This document shows positions 27,336 through 36,632 of a stretch of DNA of 58,772 nt, in pieces (the first letter of the stretch is position 1; every line of letters begins with the position of its first letter). A program made the position numbers and the translations under genes. The stretch is taken from contig CAZBOY010000001.1 of the NCBI GenBank assembly GCA_964493655.1, positions 1-58,772 on the forward strand, read 5' to 3'. The notes beneath the pieces were generated by a model. It had not been told where the DNA came from. It saw only the letters and a list, made by a program, of their open reading frames with translations, and did not search any database. The stretch comes from Candidatus Woesearchaeota archaeon (lineage in GTDB: Archaea > Nanobdellota > Nanobdellia > Pacearchaeales > GW2011-AR1).

Positions 27336-27467
27336 ATCTTGAGAAGATAGAGGAAATATCACTAAATTTTAAATTATCGTTTAGTTGGAGTTATTGATTA
27401 GTTCTTCAAGGATGTTGTAGAAATTTAGGTACATTTTATTTGATTGGCTAAATTTCTGATTTTTATT

Positions 27468-27716
27468 TTATATTTTTGCTAGGTTTTCTAAATATCTTGG
27501 ATTGAAAGGCCCTGTTTGGTTTTCTATTTGTTGATTATAGAAAGAGAGATATTCTCTTTGCTTTCTTTTATTTTTTATGTATTTGCTAATGTGTCCTTTG
27601 GCAGATAATTCAAAAGCTTGTCTTAAACTTTCTTGGCAATTTTGAGGAACTGAGTTTGCAAGTCTTGTTAAATCGTCTTTTAGAAGTTGATCTCTGATTT
27701 CTTCTGTGGTTAACAT
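27468..27716 (-). CDS. hypothetical small protein
   Basis: 82-aa ORF. No motif recognised. Confidence 0.45.
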   Translation of the reverse strand: MLTTEEIRDQLLKDDLTRLANSVPQNCQESLRQAFELSAKGHISKYIKNKRKQREYLSFYNQQIENQTGPFNPRYLENLAKI

Positions 27717-27741
27717 TTTATTTTTTTAGTTAGGTTGGTTT

Positions 27742-28014
27742 TTAAGAATTTGTGTTGTTGAATTCTGAATGCCCAAACTGAATAAGCAAATCAGCGTCGG
27801 CATTGGGAATATCACAAGCTCCGAAACAGCTTCCAAGCCAAATTTTAATTTGTGCACTTGTGTTTTTTTCTAGGTGGTCTGCGATTTTAGTTGCGTAGGG
27901 CTTGAGCCCATCTGGGAATTGTAGAAGAACTTTTCCGGCTTTTGTTTTTTTAATTTCTTCTATGGCTTTTTCTAGTTCTAGATTGTATTTTTCTTGGAGT
28001 TCTTTAAGTTGCAT
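27742..28014 (-). pseudogene. dph2: N-terminal fragment (~90 aa) of diphthamide synthase Dph2
   Basis: AGKVLLQFPDGLKPYATKIADHLEK...GSCFGACDIPNADADLLIQFGHSEF matches the Dph2 N-terminal domain. The ORF stops after ~90 of the expected ~330 aa, and the downstream ORF is unrelated. Confidence 0.6.
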
Positions 28015-28055
28015 AAAATAACAAATAATATATAGATTAAAAACTTAATGATATT

Positions 28056-28418
28056 ATGCTAAAATCAGCAGTTGATAAACTTAGGAAAGAAATCTCTGAT
28101 TTAGGTTTCATAAAAAATCCCGGGTATAATTTTTGGGTAAAATCAACGGCAGATGATTTTTACGGGTTTACATTTGAAGTAAATCCAAAAGCAAGAGAAT
28201 TTGGGGAATATCTTAAAACAAAAACAAACCCTAAAAATGGAGAAATTAAATTTGAAAAAATAATCCAAGAACATGGAGAACACAAAGCAGAAATTTATGC
28301 AGTATCTTTTCTGCCTTATATGAACAATCTAAAACCCATAGACTTAGAAAGTTTATTAATTGAAACCGTTAATTCAATCACCCATGAGATAAGAAATTAT
28401 AAAATTCAAAATAGATAA
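28056..28418 (+). CDS. hypothetical protein
   Basis: 120-aa ORF. No motif recognised. Confidence 0.55.
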   Translation: MLKSAVDKLRKEISDLGFIKNPGYNFWVKSTADDFYGFTFEVNPKAREFGEYLKTKTNPKNGEIKFEKIIQEHGEHKAEIYAVSFLPYMNNLKPIDLESLLIETVNSITHEIRNYKIQNR

Positions 28419-28448
28419 ACTTTTAATCTCTTTTTAGCTATTTCTTTT

Positions 28449-30158
28449 ATGACAAAAATAAGACAGCCCATTGTAACTGTTTGCGGGCATGTAGACCACG
28501 GAAAGACGTCAATACTTGACAAGATTAGGGGCACCTCTGTTCAGGAGGGGGAGGCTGGGGGGATTACTCAAAAGATTTCATTTACTTCGCTTACAAAAGA
28601 AGTAATTCAAAAAAGAGCGGGGGATGTTTTAGAGAGTTTCAAAATTCCTTTGGAGATACCAGGTTTTCTTTTTATTGATACTCCGGGGCATGCGGCTTTT
28701 ACAAATCTGCGAAAAAGGGGAGGAAGCCTGGCAGATATTGCTGTTCTTGTTGTTGATGTAAATGAAGGAATAAAACCCCAGACACAAGAGGTTTTACAAA
28801 TTCTTAAAATTAATAAAGTTCCATTTATAATTGCACTTAACAAGGTTGATAATATTTTTGGGTGGCAGGTGGGGAGGGGGGTTGATGAACAAATTGTTCG
28901 TGTTAAGGAAAATTTTGAGGAAAAATTCTACACTTTTGTTGGTGCTTTAAATTCATTTAAATTCAATGCAGAGTTATATAACAAGGTTAAGGATTTTACA
29001 AAAGAAGTTGCAGTTGTTCCGTGTTCTGCAAAAACCGGGCAGGGAATTCCAGAGATTCTTGCAATGCTTGTTGCTCTTTCACAAAAATTCTTGCAAAAAA
29101 GAATTGAAGTAAAATCTCAGGGGAGGGGGGTTATTTTAGAAGTTAAAAAAGAAAAATCAATGAGTTACTTAGAGTGTATTTTATATGATGGGGTTTTAGG
29201 TGACAAAGATGAAATTGCAATTGCGAATTTTAATGGAATGATTGTCAGTAAAATAAGAAATATGTCTGTGGCACTTCAATTAAACAAGGGTTTTAAAAGT
29301 GTGAAAAAAGTTGAGGCAGCTGCAGGATTAAGAGTTCAGATTATTTCTAAAGAAGAGATTCTTCCTGGAATGCCTTTTGCAGTTGTTGGAGAAAATTTAA
29401 AAGATATTGAAAAGGAATTTTCAAAAGAATTAGAAGAAGAAATTAAAACAGATGAAGAAGGAATTGTTGTTAAGGCAGATTCTTTAGGAAGTTTAGAAGC
29501 TCTTCTTGTTTTGTTAAAACAAAAACAAATTCGGGTTATTAAAGCAGGAATCGGAGGTATTACAAAAAAAGATATTTATCAGGCAGGTGCGAATCCAGAA
29601 GAAGACAGGGTTATTCTTGGGTTTAATGTTGAAGTGGAAGAGGGTGTTGAGTATGATAAAAAGAAAATCAAGATTTTAACAAATCCGGTTGTTTATAAAA
29701 TTATTGAGGATTTTGAAGAGTGGAAACAATTAAAATTAAAAGATATTGAAAAAGCTAAATTAGATGAACTGACTAGTTTGTGCAAAATAGAAATTCTTGA
29801 TTTTGTATTTAGAAATAGCAACCCGGCTGTTTTTGGTGTGAAAGTTTTAGGTGGAATATTAAAGCAGGGTATTGAATTGATAAATAGTCAGAATAAAAAA
29901 ATCGCGAGAGTTAAGTCACTTCAAGAAGAGAAAAATAATATTCGGGAGGCCGGTGTTGGAAAAGAGATTGCAATTTCTCTGCCGGGTGTAAATTTTGAAA
30001 GAGAGTTGGAAGTCGGGCAAAAGCTTTATTCAAATTTATCTGAAACTCAATTTAGAAAATTTAAGGATAATAAAGAATTATTAAAAAATGATGAAAAGAA
30101 AGTTCTGATGGAAATTGCCGAAATCAAACGAAAGGTGGAGGGGGTTTGGGGTGTTTGA
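28449..30158 (+). CDS. infB: translation initiation factor aIF5B (IF-2 homolog)
   Basis: PIVTVCGHVDHGKTSILDKIRGT, DTPGH and NKVD GTPase motifs. The length and domain order are typical of aIF5B. Confidence 0.9.
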   Translation: MTKIRQPIVTVCGHVDHGKTSILDKIRGTSVQEGEAGGITQKISFTSLTKEVIQKRAGDVLESFKIPLEIPGFLFIDTPGHAAFTNLRKRGGSLADIAVLVVDVNEGIKPQTQEVLQILKINKVPFIIALNKVDNIFGWQVGRGVDEQIVRVKENFEEKFYTFVGALNSFKFNAELYNKVKDFTKEVAVVPCSAKTGQGIPEILAMLVALSQKFLQKRIEVKSQGRGVILEVKKEKSMSYLECILYDGVLGDKDEIAIANFNGMIVSKIRNMSVALQLNKGFKSVKKVEAAAGLRVQIISKEEILPGMPFAVVGENLKDIEKEFSKELEEEIKTDEEGIVVKADSLGSLEALLVLLKQKQIRVIKAGIGGITKKDIYQAGANPEEDRVILGFNVEVEEGVEYDKKKIKILTNPVVYKIIEDFEEWKQLKLKDIEKAKLDELTSLCKIEILDFVFRNSNPAVFGVKVLGGILKQGIELINSQNKKIARVKSLQEEKNNIREAGVGKEIAISLPGVNFERELEVGQKLYSNLSETQFRKFKDNKELLKNDEKKVLMEIAEIKRKVEGVWGV

Positions 30159-30560
30159 TTAATGCTTATCTGGACATTTTAGGACAAGAGGACTAATAGA
30201 AAGAATCCCTTCAATATCTTTTAAATGGTGTTTAATAGCACCAACAATCCCAACTAAAGAAGCTCTTAGTTCTGTTTCAGGAACAAATAAATCAACTAAA
30301 AGATGTTCTAAATATTTTCTAAAAGCTTCATCAGGGGTCCTAGCTAAAAAAGTACTATTATCCTCGGGTCTATCTGGATTCCTATATTTAACTACATAAC
30401 CTTTTTGAGAAGAATATGTTTCTAAAGAAACATATTCTTTAGATAATAAACCACTTTCAACAGCCTCGTTTATAGGAATAATCTCTAAACTAACTCTCTC
30501 CCCTACTGCACCTTCTAAGTTTCTAAAATATTCTGTTTTTAGTCTTAGTTCTTCTATCAT
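30159..30560 (-). CDS. hypothetical protein
   Basis: 133-aa ORF. No motif recognised. Confidence 0.55.
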   Translation of the reverse strand: MIEELRLKTEYFRNLEGAVGERVSLEIIPINEAVESGLLSKEYVSLETYSSQKGYVVKYRNPDRPEDNSTFLARTPDEAFRKYLEHLLVDLFVPETELRASLVGIVGAIKHHLKDIEGILSISPLVLKCPDKH

Positions 30561-30730
30561 AAAAAACTAATAAAATCTGTATATATAAGCATTATTGTAA
30601 TTAATAACAACAATAATGATGTGGAATTCACAAATGAGTGATTATGAAAAAGTTATTTTTTCAATCTTAAACCATGAATAGATAAAAATTTATTAATTAT
30701 AAAATTGCTAATAGAATTATAGAACATAGA

Positions 30731-30822
30731 TTATTTATCTTGGCGGCTTTCGCGGAAATTTATCCCGAGTATTTTAAGATAAGGATAAATTTCTTCAGGA
30801 GTTTTGCAGAGCAGTAGCATAA
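30731..30822 (+). repeat. nested-palindrome hairpin element, copy 3
   Basis: TTATTTATCTTGGC GGCTTTCGCG, then stem 30755-30765 GAAATTTATCC pairing with 30783-30793 GGATAAATTTC, then TTCAGGAG TTTTGCAGAGCAGTAGCATAA. The loop ends TAAGATAA. Confidence 0.8.
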
Positions 30823-30866
30823 ATCTCATTTAAAGATTTTTATTAGAGTAATAAAGGATATATATT

Positions 30867-31212
30867 TTATAATTCCCCTAATCTTCTTTTTAATTCATTT
30901 ACATCATTACAATTATAATAAATTTCTTCTGCTACCTTAACTGCATCTATCCAAGGGATTAATTCCTTAGCTCGAAGATTACGGATAGCATAGTCAATCA
31001 TCCCATATTTTAAACCATTTCTTTGATTGATTCCTTCCTTCCTTATATAAGGGGTGTAATGGATTTCTGCGATGGGCATAAATTGGCTCAAAAGTTTCTT
31101 CATCAAAACCCATAAAAATTACTGGTAATTCTTCCCATTCTTGAATCCGCATAATAAATTCTCTAGAAAGAGCTCTTAGCTTTTCTTCAAACCAAATTTG
31201 TTGTTCGACCAT
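30867..31212 (-). pseudogene. two overlapping ORFs (72 and 79 aa): either a frameshifted single gene or an overlapping pair; function unknown
   Basis: ORF 30994..31212 and ORF 30867..31106 overlap by 113 nt in different frames. The tail of the first (YAHRRNPLHPLYKEGRNQSKKWFKIWDD) looks less protein-like than the alternative frame. Confidence 0.35.
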
Positions 31213-31242
31213 TTATTCTAACAGAAATGATATATAAAAACA

Positions 31243-31557
31243 TTATCGTGATGGTTTTCCAATTCTGCTTTTTCTTCTTTTAACAGCCAAGGGATTTGCT
31301 TCTGCACTATTCACCTGACTGTATAAATCAAGATAATCACATTCAAGTTCTCCCCTAACACATTTATATTCAAAAGTAGAAACAATTATATTTTTATCCC
31401 CTAATCTTCGGCATACACGTTTTTCAACTAATTTTATCCCTTTAAATGGCCCTGGATATTTTTGGCAAACGCAATTACATTTTTTTACACGACCAATATC
31501 TTCACTTCCAACTTCACCTACATCTTAGAAGTCTTCTAATCTATGATTATCATCCAT
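31243..31557 (-). pseudogene. Cys-rich small ORF (104 codons) with an in-frame TAA at codon 11
   Basis: ATG at 31557-31555 and TAA at 31527-31525. The same frame then stays open for 93 codons (DVGEVGSEDIGRVKKCNCVCQKYPGP...KRRKSRIGKPSR) to TAA 31245-31243, with no in-frame ATG/GTG/TTG near its 5' end. Confidence 0.4.
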
Positions 31558-31651
31558 GCCCTTTTATTAAGTTTTGATTTAAAAGCTTTATTGTGGTGGA
31601 TTATTTAATCATTCAGAAAAGGTTTAAAAACCCAAGTTCAAATTAATAATT

Positions 31652-32092
31652 ATGGCATTTAAAATTAATGTGTCTCATGAAGGAAAGACTGCGAAGTTTG
31701 AAAATGAAAATGAAGAGTTAATTGGAAAATTAATTGGTGATAAAATTGAGGGGGATTTGATTGATGCTTCCTTGAAGGGTTATGAACTTGAGATTACTGG
31801 GACAAGTGACAAGGCAGGGTTTCCTGGATTTGCTGACGAGATTGGTACTGGTTTAAAGAGGGTTTTGCTTACTTATGGTAAAGGGCTTCATGTAAGGCCA
31901 AAAGGGGATAGAAAAAAATCAGACAAGCCAAAAGGATTGAGGTATCGAAAAACTGTAAGAGGTCAAGAAATTTCAGAAGCAACTATTCAGATTAATACTA
32001 AGGTTATAAAAGAAGGTGGGAAGAAATTTGTAGAATTGTTGCCTAAGAAAGAAGAAGTTGAGACTGAAAAATCTGAAGAGAAAAAAGAATAA
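31652..32092 (+). CDS. rps6e: ribosomal protein eS6 (S6e)
   Basis: MAFKINVSHEGKT...GYELEITGTSDKAGFPG...GLRYRKTVRG is typical of S6e. Confidence 0.9.
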   Translation: MAFKINVSHEGKTAKFENENEELIGKLIGDKIEGDLIDASLKGYELEITGTSDKAGFPGFADEIGTGLKRVLLTYGKGLHVRPKGDRKKSDKPKGLRYRKTVRGQEISEATIQINTKVIKEGGKKFVELLPKKEEVETEKSEEKKE

Positions 32093-32109
32093 GGTGATTC
32101 TAGATTAAG

Positions 32110-32592
32110 ATGGAACTTGAAGAATTATTAGAAAGACAATTGGAAAGAGCAATAAGATTAATGCTGTTAAAAAATTTAAATGCTCCCCAAAGAGTTATAG
32201 AAATAGAGCGAAGGTTATGTAGAGAATCTAATGAAGATATTGAACCTTATGAAAAAAAATTAGGTGAAAAAGAACTTGCTGAGATTAGAAAAAGAGTTTA
32301 TACTGAATTTTTAGAAGCAGAATTAAGGTGTGAAAGGGCAAAATCAAATTCTTCATATTGTCCGGTTTGCAGATGGAAGTATTTTTATCCAGATAGCAAG
32401 GAAGTCCCGGAGGAAGTTTTAAATCAATACCCATTTTTTTGTTCTTTGAATCCAGGAAGACCTGAAGAGATAATCCAAGCTAATATTAAGGGAAAAGCAA
32501 TGACTTGTGGAAATTTTAGTGAACTCTATCGTATACCAAAGAAGGCTGAAGAAATAGAAATCTTAGAAGAACTTTTGTATGCTGTTGGTTAG
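32110..32592 (+). CDS. hypothetical protein with scattered Cys (YCPVCRW...FFCSLNPG...MTCGNF)
   Basis: 160-aa ORF followed by hairpin copy 4. Confidence 0.55.
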   Translation: MELEELLERQLERAIRLMLLKNLNAPQRVIEIERRLCRESNEDIEPYEKKLGEKELAEIRKRVYTEFLEAELRCERAKSNSSYCPVCRWKYFYPDSKEVPEEVLNQYPFFCSLNPGRPEEIIQANIKGKAMTCGNFSELYRIPKKAEEIEILEELLYAVG

Positions 32593-32660
32593 AATTTATT
32601 TCTTGTGATGACTATAAAAAAATTTAAATTTATTAATCTAATAAATCATCGCTTTGGGGG

Positions 32661-32758
32661 AATAGGTTATTTATCTTGGTGGCTTTTACGGAAATTTATC
32701 CTTGTCTATAACATACTTGGGATAAATTTCTTCAGAAGTTTTGCAGAGCATTATCATA
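32661..32758 (+). repeat. nested-palindrome hairpin element, copy 4
   Basis: GGTTATTTATCTTGGT GGCTTTTACG, then stem 32691-32701 GAAATTTATCC pairing with 32720-32730 GGATAAATTTC, then TTCAGAAG TTTTGCAGAGCATTATCATA. The listed ORF 32605..32787 across it is probably spurious. Confidence 0.8.
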
Positions 32759-32851
32759 GCCTTAATACAAAAGATTTGTTTGATTAATAAATTGAGAAAA
32801 ATTAAAACCCACAAACTTAAAAACTAATAATTCTAATTATAAAAGAAGAAG

Positions 32852-33472
32852 ATGGGATTTTTAATGCAAGCAGTTGAAAATATCGCAAGTTCTATTTCCA
32901 GTTATGGAATCTTTACAACCCTTTTCTTTTTTACAATCATAATTTCTCTTTATGGAATTTTTGTTTATTATTTTTATAAAAATCTTGCAAGAAGAAATCT
33001 TATAAATTTGGACCTTAACCAATACAATACTACTGAACATCCTATGCTTGGAAAATTTTTTGCATTTCTCTTTTATGTGTTAGAATATCTGATTATTCTT
33101 CCAATTTTGACATTTATCTGGTTTGCAGTTCTAGCTATCTTTTTAGTTGTGTTATCAGAAATAGATAATGTTGGAACAATCTTGATGATTTGTGCAGCGC
33201 TCATCGCTTCTGTGCGAGTTGTATCTCAAATAAGTGGACAGCTTTCACAAGACCTTGCAAAAATTGTTCCTTTCACATTATTAGGTTTATTTATTCTTAA
33301 TCCAGGATTTTTTGATTTAACTGCATTAGTAAATAGATTTTCACAAATACCTGTTTTAATCAGCCAAATTCCTATTTATATTTTCTTTATAATTGGGGTA
33401 GAGATTTTAGCGAGGGTTATTGGATTTTTTGAAAGAATGTTTAGGACGCGAGGCGAGATTGAAGAAGAATAA
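32852..33472 (+). CDS. small polytopic membrane protein, unknown function
   Basis: 206 aa with several hydrophobic helices. Bracketed by hairpin copies 4 and 5. Confidence 0.65.
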   Translation: MGFLMQAVENIASSISSYGIFTTLFFFTIIISLYGIFVYYFYKNLARRNLINLDLNQYNTTEHPMLGKFFAFLFYVLEYLIILPILTFIWFAVLAIFLVVLSEIDNVGTILMICAALIASVRVVSQISGQLSQDLAKIVPFTLLGLFILNPGFFDLTALVNRFSQIPVLISQIPIYIFFIIGVEILARVIGFFERMFRTRGEIEEE

Positions 33473-33529
33473 TTTTTGATTCTCTGACTAAAGTTAATTT
33501 ATTAATTAAATTACTTCTAAAATTGTGAG

Positions 33530-33629
33530 AAGTCTATTACTTCCCTTGGTAACTTTTGAAGAAATTTAGCACAATAATTTTTTTAAGATGGTGCTAAATT
33601 TCCGCAAAGGATTTTTAGAGCAGTAAAGG
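33530..33629 (+). repeat. nested-palindrome hairpin element, copy 5
   Basis: CCCTTGGT AACTTTTGAA, then stem 33561-33572 GAAATTTAGCAC pairing with 33591-33602 GTGCTAAATTTC, then CGCAAAGGA TTTTTAGAGCAGTAAAGG. The loop ends TAAGATG. Confidence 0.75.
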
Positions 33630-33743
33630 TAAAGCTCATCTCAAGAATTTTTGTCAATTAATAAATTTGAGAATTTATACCCAATAAATCAAAATTCAAC
33701 AAACATCCACAAACCTTTAAAACCCCCCCGCATTCTAATTTTC

Positions 33744-34952
33744 ATGGAAGAAAAAATAGACATCTCTAAAATTGAGACATTAAATGTTGGGATAGTCGGG
33801 CATATTGACCATGGAAAGACAACCTTGCTTTACAAACTTAGCGGGAAATGGGCTGATACACATTCTGAAGAATTGAAAAGGGGGATTACAATTAAACTTG
33901 GTTATGCAGATGTTATAATTAGAGATGAAGATGGGAATTTGACTACTGATAAAAAAAGTAAAGGCAAACCTATCCGTTACATAACTTTTGTAGATGCTCC
34001 TGGACACGAGATGCTTATGGCAACAATGCTTTCTGGTTCTGCAATTATGGATGCTGCGATTTTAGTTATTGCTGCAGACGAAGGGATAAAACCCCAGACA
34101 AAAGAACATCTAATTGCTCTCCAGGCTAAGAAAATTAAAAATATAATAATTGTCCAGAATAAAATTGATTTGGTTTCTAAAGAAGATGCTCTAAAAAATT
34201 ACCAAAAAATTAAAGAGTTTGTAAAGGGAACTATTGCAGAAAATTCTCTGATAATTCCTGTTTCTGCTCAGCAAAATATTAATATTGACAAAGTATTGGA
34301 AGAACTCTGTAAAATTAAAATTGAAAAAAAGGATTTGGAAAAAAAACCTCTTTTCCTTATTGCGAGAAGTTTTGATATTAACAAACCTGGGACTGATCTT
34401 AATAATTTGCATGGGGGGGTTTTGGGGGGGGCTTTAAAACAAGGAAGTTTAAAAATCGGAGATGAAATTGAAATCAAGCCAGGTTATTCTTATAAAAAAC
34501 AAAATAAGTTTTATTATCACCCAGTTAAATCCAAAATTGTTTCAATGCAAAAAGGAGAGTATCCAATTGAAGTTGCAACCCCTGGAGGAAGCCTAGCAAT
34601 TGAGACAGAGTTAGACACAAGTTTGACAAGGGCAGATTCTTTGTCTGGTTGTGCTGTGTCCTATGTTGGAGAACTCCCAGAAATAAGTGAGGAAACTAAA
34701 ATTAAATTTGATTTATTTGGAGAAGTCTTGGGAACTGCCGGGCACGAGGCTGTTGCAGAGTTGAAGACAAATGAAATGCTGATGCTAAGTATAAACACCA
34801 CAATAACTGTTGGGCAGGTGAAAAAAATAAAAGATAAAGAGGTAGAATTATCTTTGAAAATTCCTATTGTGCCTTTGAAGGGGACTGGTGTTGGAATTGC
34901 GAGAAATATCAAGGGGCACTGGCGGTTGATTGGTTTTGGGGAGATTATTTAA
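33744..34952 (+). CDS. eif2g: translation initiation factor aIF2 gamma subunit
   Basis: MEEKIDISKIETLNVGIVGHIDHGKTTL, DAPGHE, NKID. I prefer ATG 33744 over the listed TTG 33651, whose extension overlaps intergenic repeat sequence. Confidence 0.9.
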   Translation: MEEKIDISKIETLNVGIVGHIDHGKTTLLYKLSGKWADTHSEELKRGITIKLGYADVIIRDEDGNLTTDKKSKGKPIRYITFVDAPGHEMLMATMLSGSAIMDAAILVIAADEGIKPQTKEHLIALQAKKIKNIIIVQNKIDLVSKEDALKNYQKIKEFVKGTIAENSLIIPVSAQQNINIDKVLEELCKIKIEKKDLEKKPLFLIARSFDINKPGTDLNNLHGGVLGGALKQGSLKIGDEIEIKPGYSYKKQNKFYYHPVKSKIVSMQKGEYPIEVATPGGSLAIETELDTSLTRADSLSGCAVSYVGELPEISEETKIKFDLFGEVLGTAGHEAVAELKTNEMLMLSINTTITVGQVKKIKDKEVELSLKIPIVPLKGTGVGIARNIKGHWRLIGFGEII

Positions 34953-35007
34953 ATTATAAAGTGACTACAAACAAAAGATTTATAAATAATGATTTATCTT
35001 AATTCTT

Positions 35008-35814
35008 ATGGAAATTAAATTAAATGTTGTCGAACCAAATCTGATTGTTAGTGGAGATGGAATCTATTTGGGTTTGGATGGAAAAGATATTGTTCCTGTT
35101 GGTTTAGATGTTGATTGGATTGTTATGAATCATATCGGAGAATTAAAAGTAAGCAAAGGTGATTTGGAAACTATTGGTGGAGGAAAGGGTAAACAAAATG
35201 GGGAATTTGATACACCATTAAATGAATATTTACAGGAATTTAAAGCAAGATTTAATTCAGATTTTTGTTTTAGTATTACAGATGACTCCACAAGATTATT
35301 TGGATTAAGCTATGTTGTTAATGCTGCGACTCATGAATTACCTTGGGAGGCTTTTTTTTGGAAGGAACTTGCAGGAATTATAGCCAATCCTGATGGGTTT
35401 AATAGAAATTGTGATAATAACGAAAAGAAGTTGAAATATATTAGGATAGACAGAAAACGGACTTTTGAAGAGATAAAAAAATTACATGATGAATTAGAGC
35501 CTAAAACTCCTGATAATTTTGCAGGAATTAGTATTCTTCCAGGGCGATTTCCTTATGATGATAAAACTTTAGTAGTAAAATATTTAGCTCATGTAACTTT
35601 GGGTCAATTAAAAGCAAAAGACAGAACACAATTAGAATTAGCAAAATCTAAATTAGTGGAAAAATTAAAAAAAGTTAAAGGTCCTGCACTTTCTCTTGAT
35701 GCTCCTTGTCTTCAGCAGCAGATTTGGAGATTATACTTTGATGCTCCAAGATTAGTCAGGGATTATGGAGATGTTTTAAATTCTTTTCCAAGATTTTTTA
35801 AATTAGACCCCTGA
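35008..35814 (+). CDS. hypothetical protein
   Basis: 268-aa ORF with no motif recognised, followed by hairpin copy 6. Confidence 0.6.
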   Translation: MEIKLNVVEPNLIVSGDGIYLGLDGKDIVPVGLDVDWIVMNHIGELKVSKGDLETIGGGKGKQNGEFDTPLNEYLQEFKARFNSDFCFSITDDSTRLFGLSYVVNAATHELPWEAFFWKELAGIIANPDGFNRNCDNNEKKLKYIRIDRKRTFEEIKKLHDELEPKTPDNFAGISILPGRFPYDDKTLVVKYLAHVTLGQLKAKDRTQLELAKSKLVEKLKKVKGPALSLDAPCLQQQIWRLYFDAPRLVRDYGDVLNSFPRFFKLDP

Positions 35815-35851
35815 TTATTTTTATTAATCCCAAAACTATTCATCGACTTAT

Positions 35852-35950
35852 GAGCTGACTGATTTGTCTTGGCAACTCTTGAAGAAACCCAAACTTATCT
35901 TATATGATTGTTTGGATTTCCACAAAACCTTTTCAGAGCATTATGATAAA
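35852..35950 (+). repeat. nested-palindrome hairpin element, copy 6
   Basis: GAGCTGACTGATTTGTCTTGGC AACTCTTGAA, then stem 35884-35894 GAAACCCAAAC pairing with 35910-35920 GTTTGGATTTC (one C.A mismatch), then CACAAAACC TTTTCAGAGCATTATGATAAA. The loop starts TTATCTTA. Confidence 0.75.
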
Positions 35951-36043
35951 CACTCCACAAAAAGGTTTATTAATTAATAATTTAATTTTTATTATCTAGA
36001 TTATTTTCAAAACATATTTATACCTTAAAAACAACAGAATAAT

Positions 36044-36484
36044 ATGGAAAAGGTGGTGAAACAAAAAATACCAGAAGCAAATGCCGAGGGAGCTATCCCG
36101 AAAATATTAATCCCGAGTGGAAAATTGATTTCTGAAATTTTTGGGATAATCTTTATTATAGTTTTGTTGTGGAGCATCCTTGGGGGAAACAATTGGGAGC
36201 TGACTACTTCAAATCTTTCAATAGAAATTGGATGGCCGTGGTCTTTTCTTTATCTTGAAGAGAGTTATGATGGTGGACTTCCGATAAACATATTAAATTT
36301 AATTTTGGACATGCTTGTTTATCTTGTGGCTTCGTATATAATTGCAGTGGTGTTTACAGTTATTTGGGATTCATTTAGAGGACCTCCAAAACCAATTTCA
36401 GAGCAAGATAAAAAAACTATGAATAATTTGAGGAAGTTAGCGGGGGGGGGGAAATTAATTATTAATCCTAAAAAATTCTCTTAG
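36044..36484 (+). CDS. small membrane protein, unknown function
   Basis: 146 aa with 2-3 hydrophobic helices. Bracketed by hairpin copies 6 and 7. Confidence 0.6.
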   Translation: MEKVVKQKIPEANAEGAIPKILIPSGKLISEIFGIIFIIVLLWSILGGNNWELTTSNLSIEIGWPWSFLYLEESYDGGLPINILNLILDMLVYLVASYIIAVVFTVIWDSFRGPPKPISEQDKKTMNNLRKLAGGGKLIINPKKFS

Positions 36485-36488
36485 GAGA

Positions 36489-36579
36489 TTTATGCTTAAT
36501 GCTCTGAAAAGCTTTTGTGGAAATTTATCCTTACTTTAATATACTTGAGATAAATTTCTTCAGAAATTGCCAAGGTTAC
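36489..36579 (-). repeat. nested-palindrome hairpin element, copy 7 (outer flanks inverted on the + strand)
   Basis: TTATGCTTAATGCTCTGAAAA GCTTTTGTG, then stem 36519-36528 GAAATTTATC pairing with 36548-36557 GATAAATTTC, then TTCAGAAA TTGCCAAGG. Lies between the convergent 3' ends of 36044..36484 and gyrA. Confidence 0.8.
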
Positions 36580-36632
36580 AATCATCAACCCCAAATATTA
36601 AAAATTTAAATTTACGAATATGTTGTCTTCTG

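Noticed and set aside
16597-32787. ORFs 16597..16854, 20465..20650 and 32605..32787 as genes.
   Set aside because: Each lies across repeat or hairpin sequence in an intergenic region, and the translations look non-protein-like. I treat these stretches as non-coding.
33651-33743. The TTG start at 33651 for aIF2-gamma.
   Set aside because: The extension has no similarity to aIF2-gamma N-termini and begins just downstream of the hairpin copy 5 region. ATG 33744 gives the canonical N-terminus.
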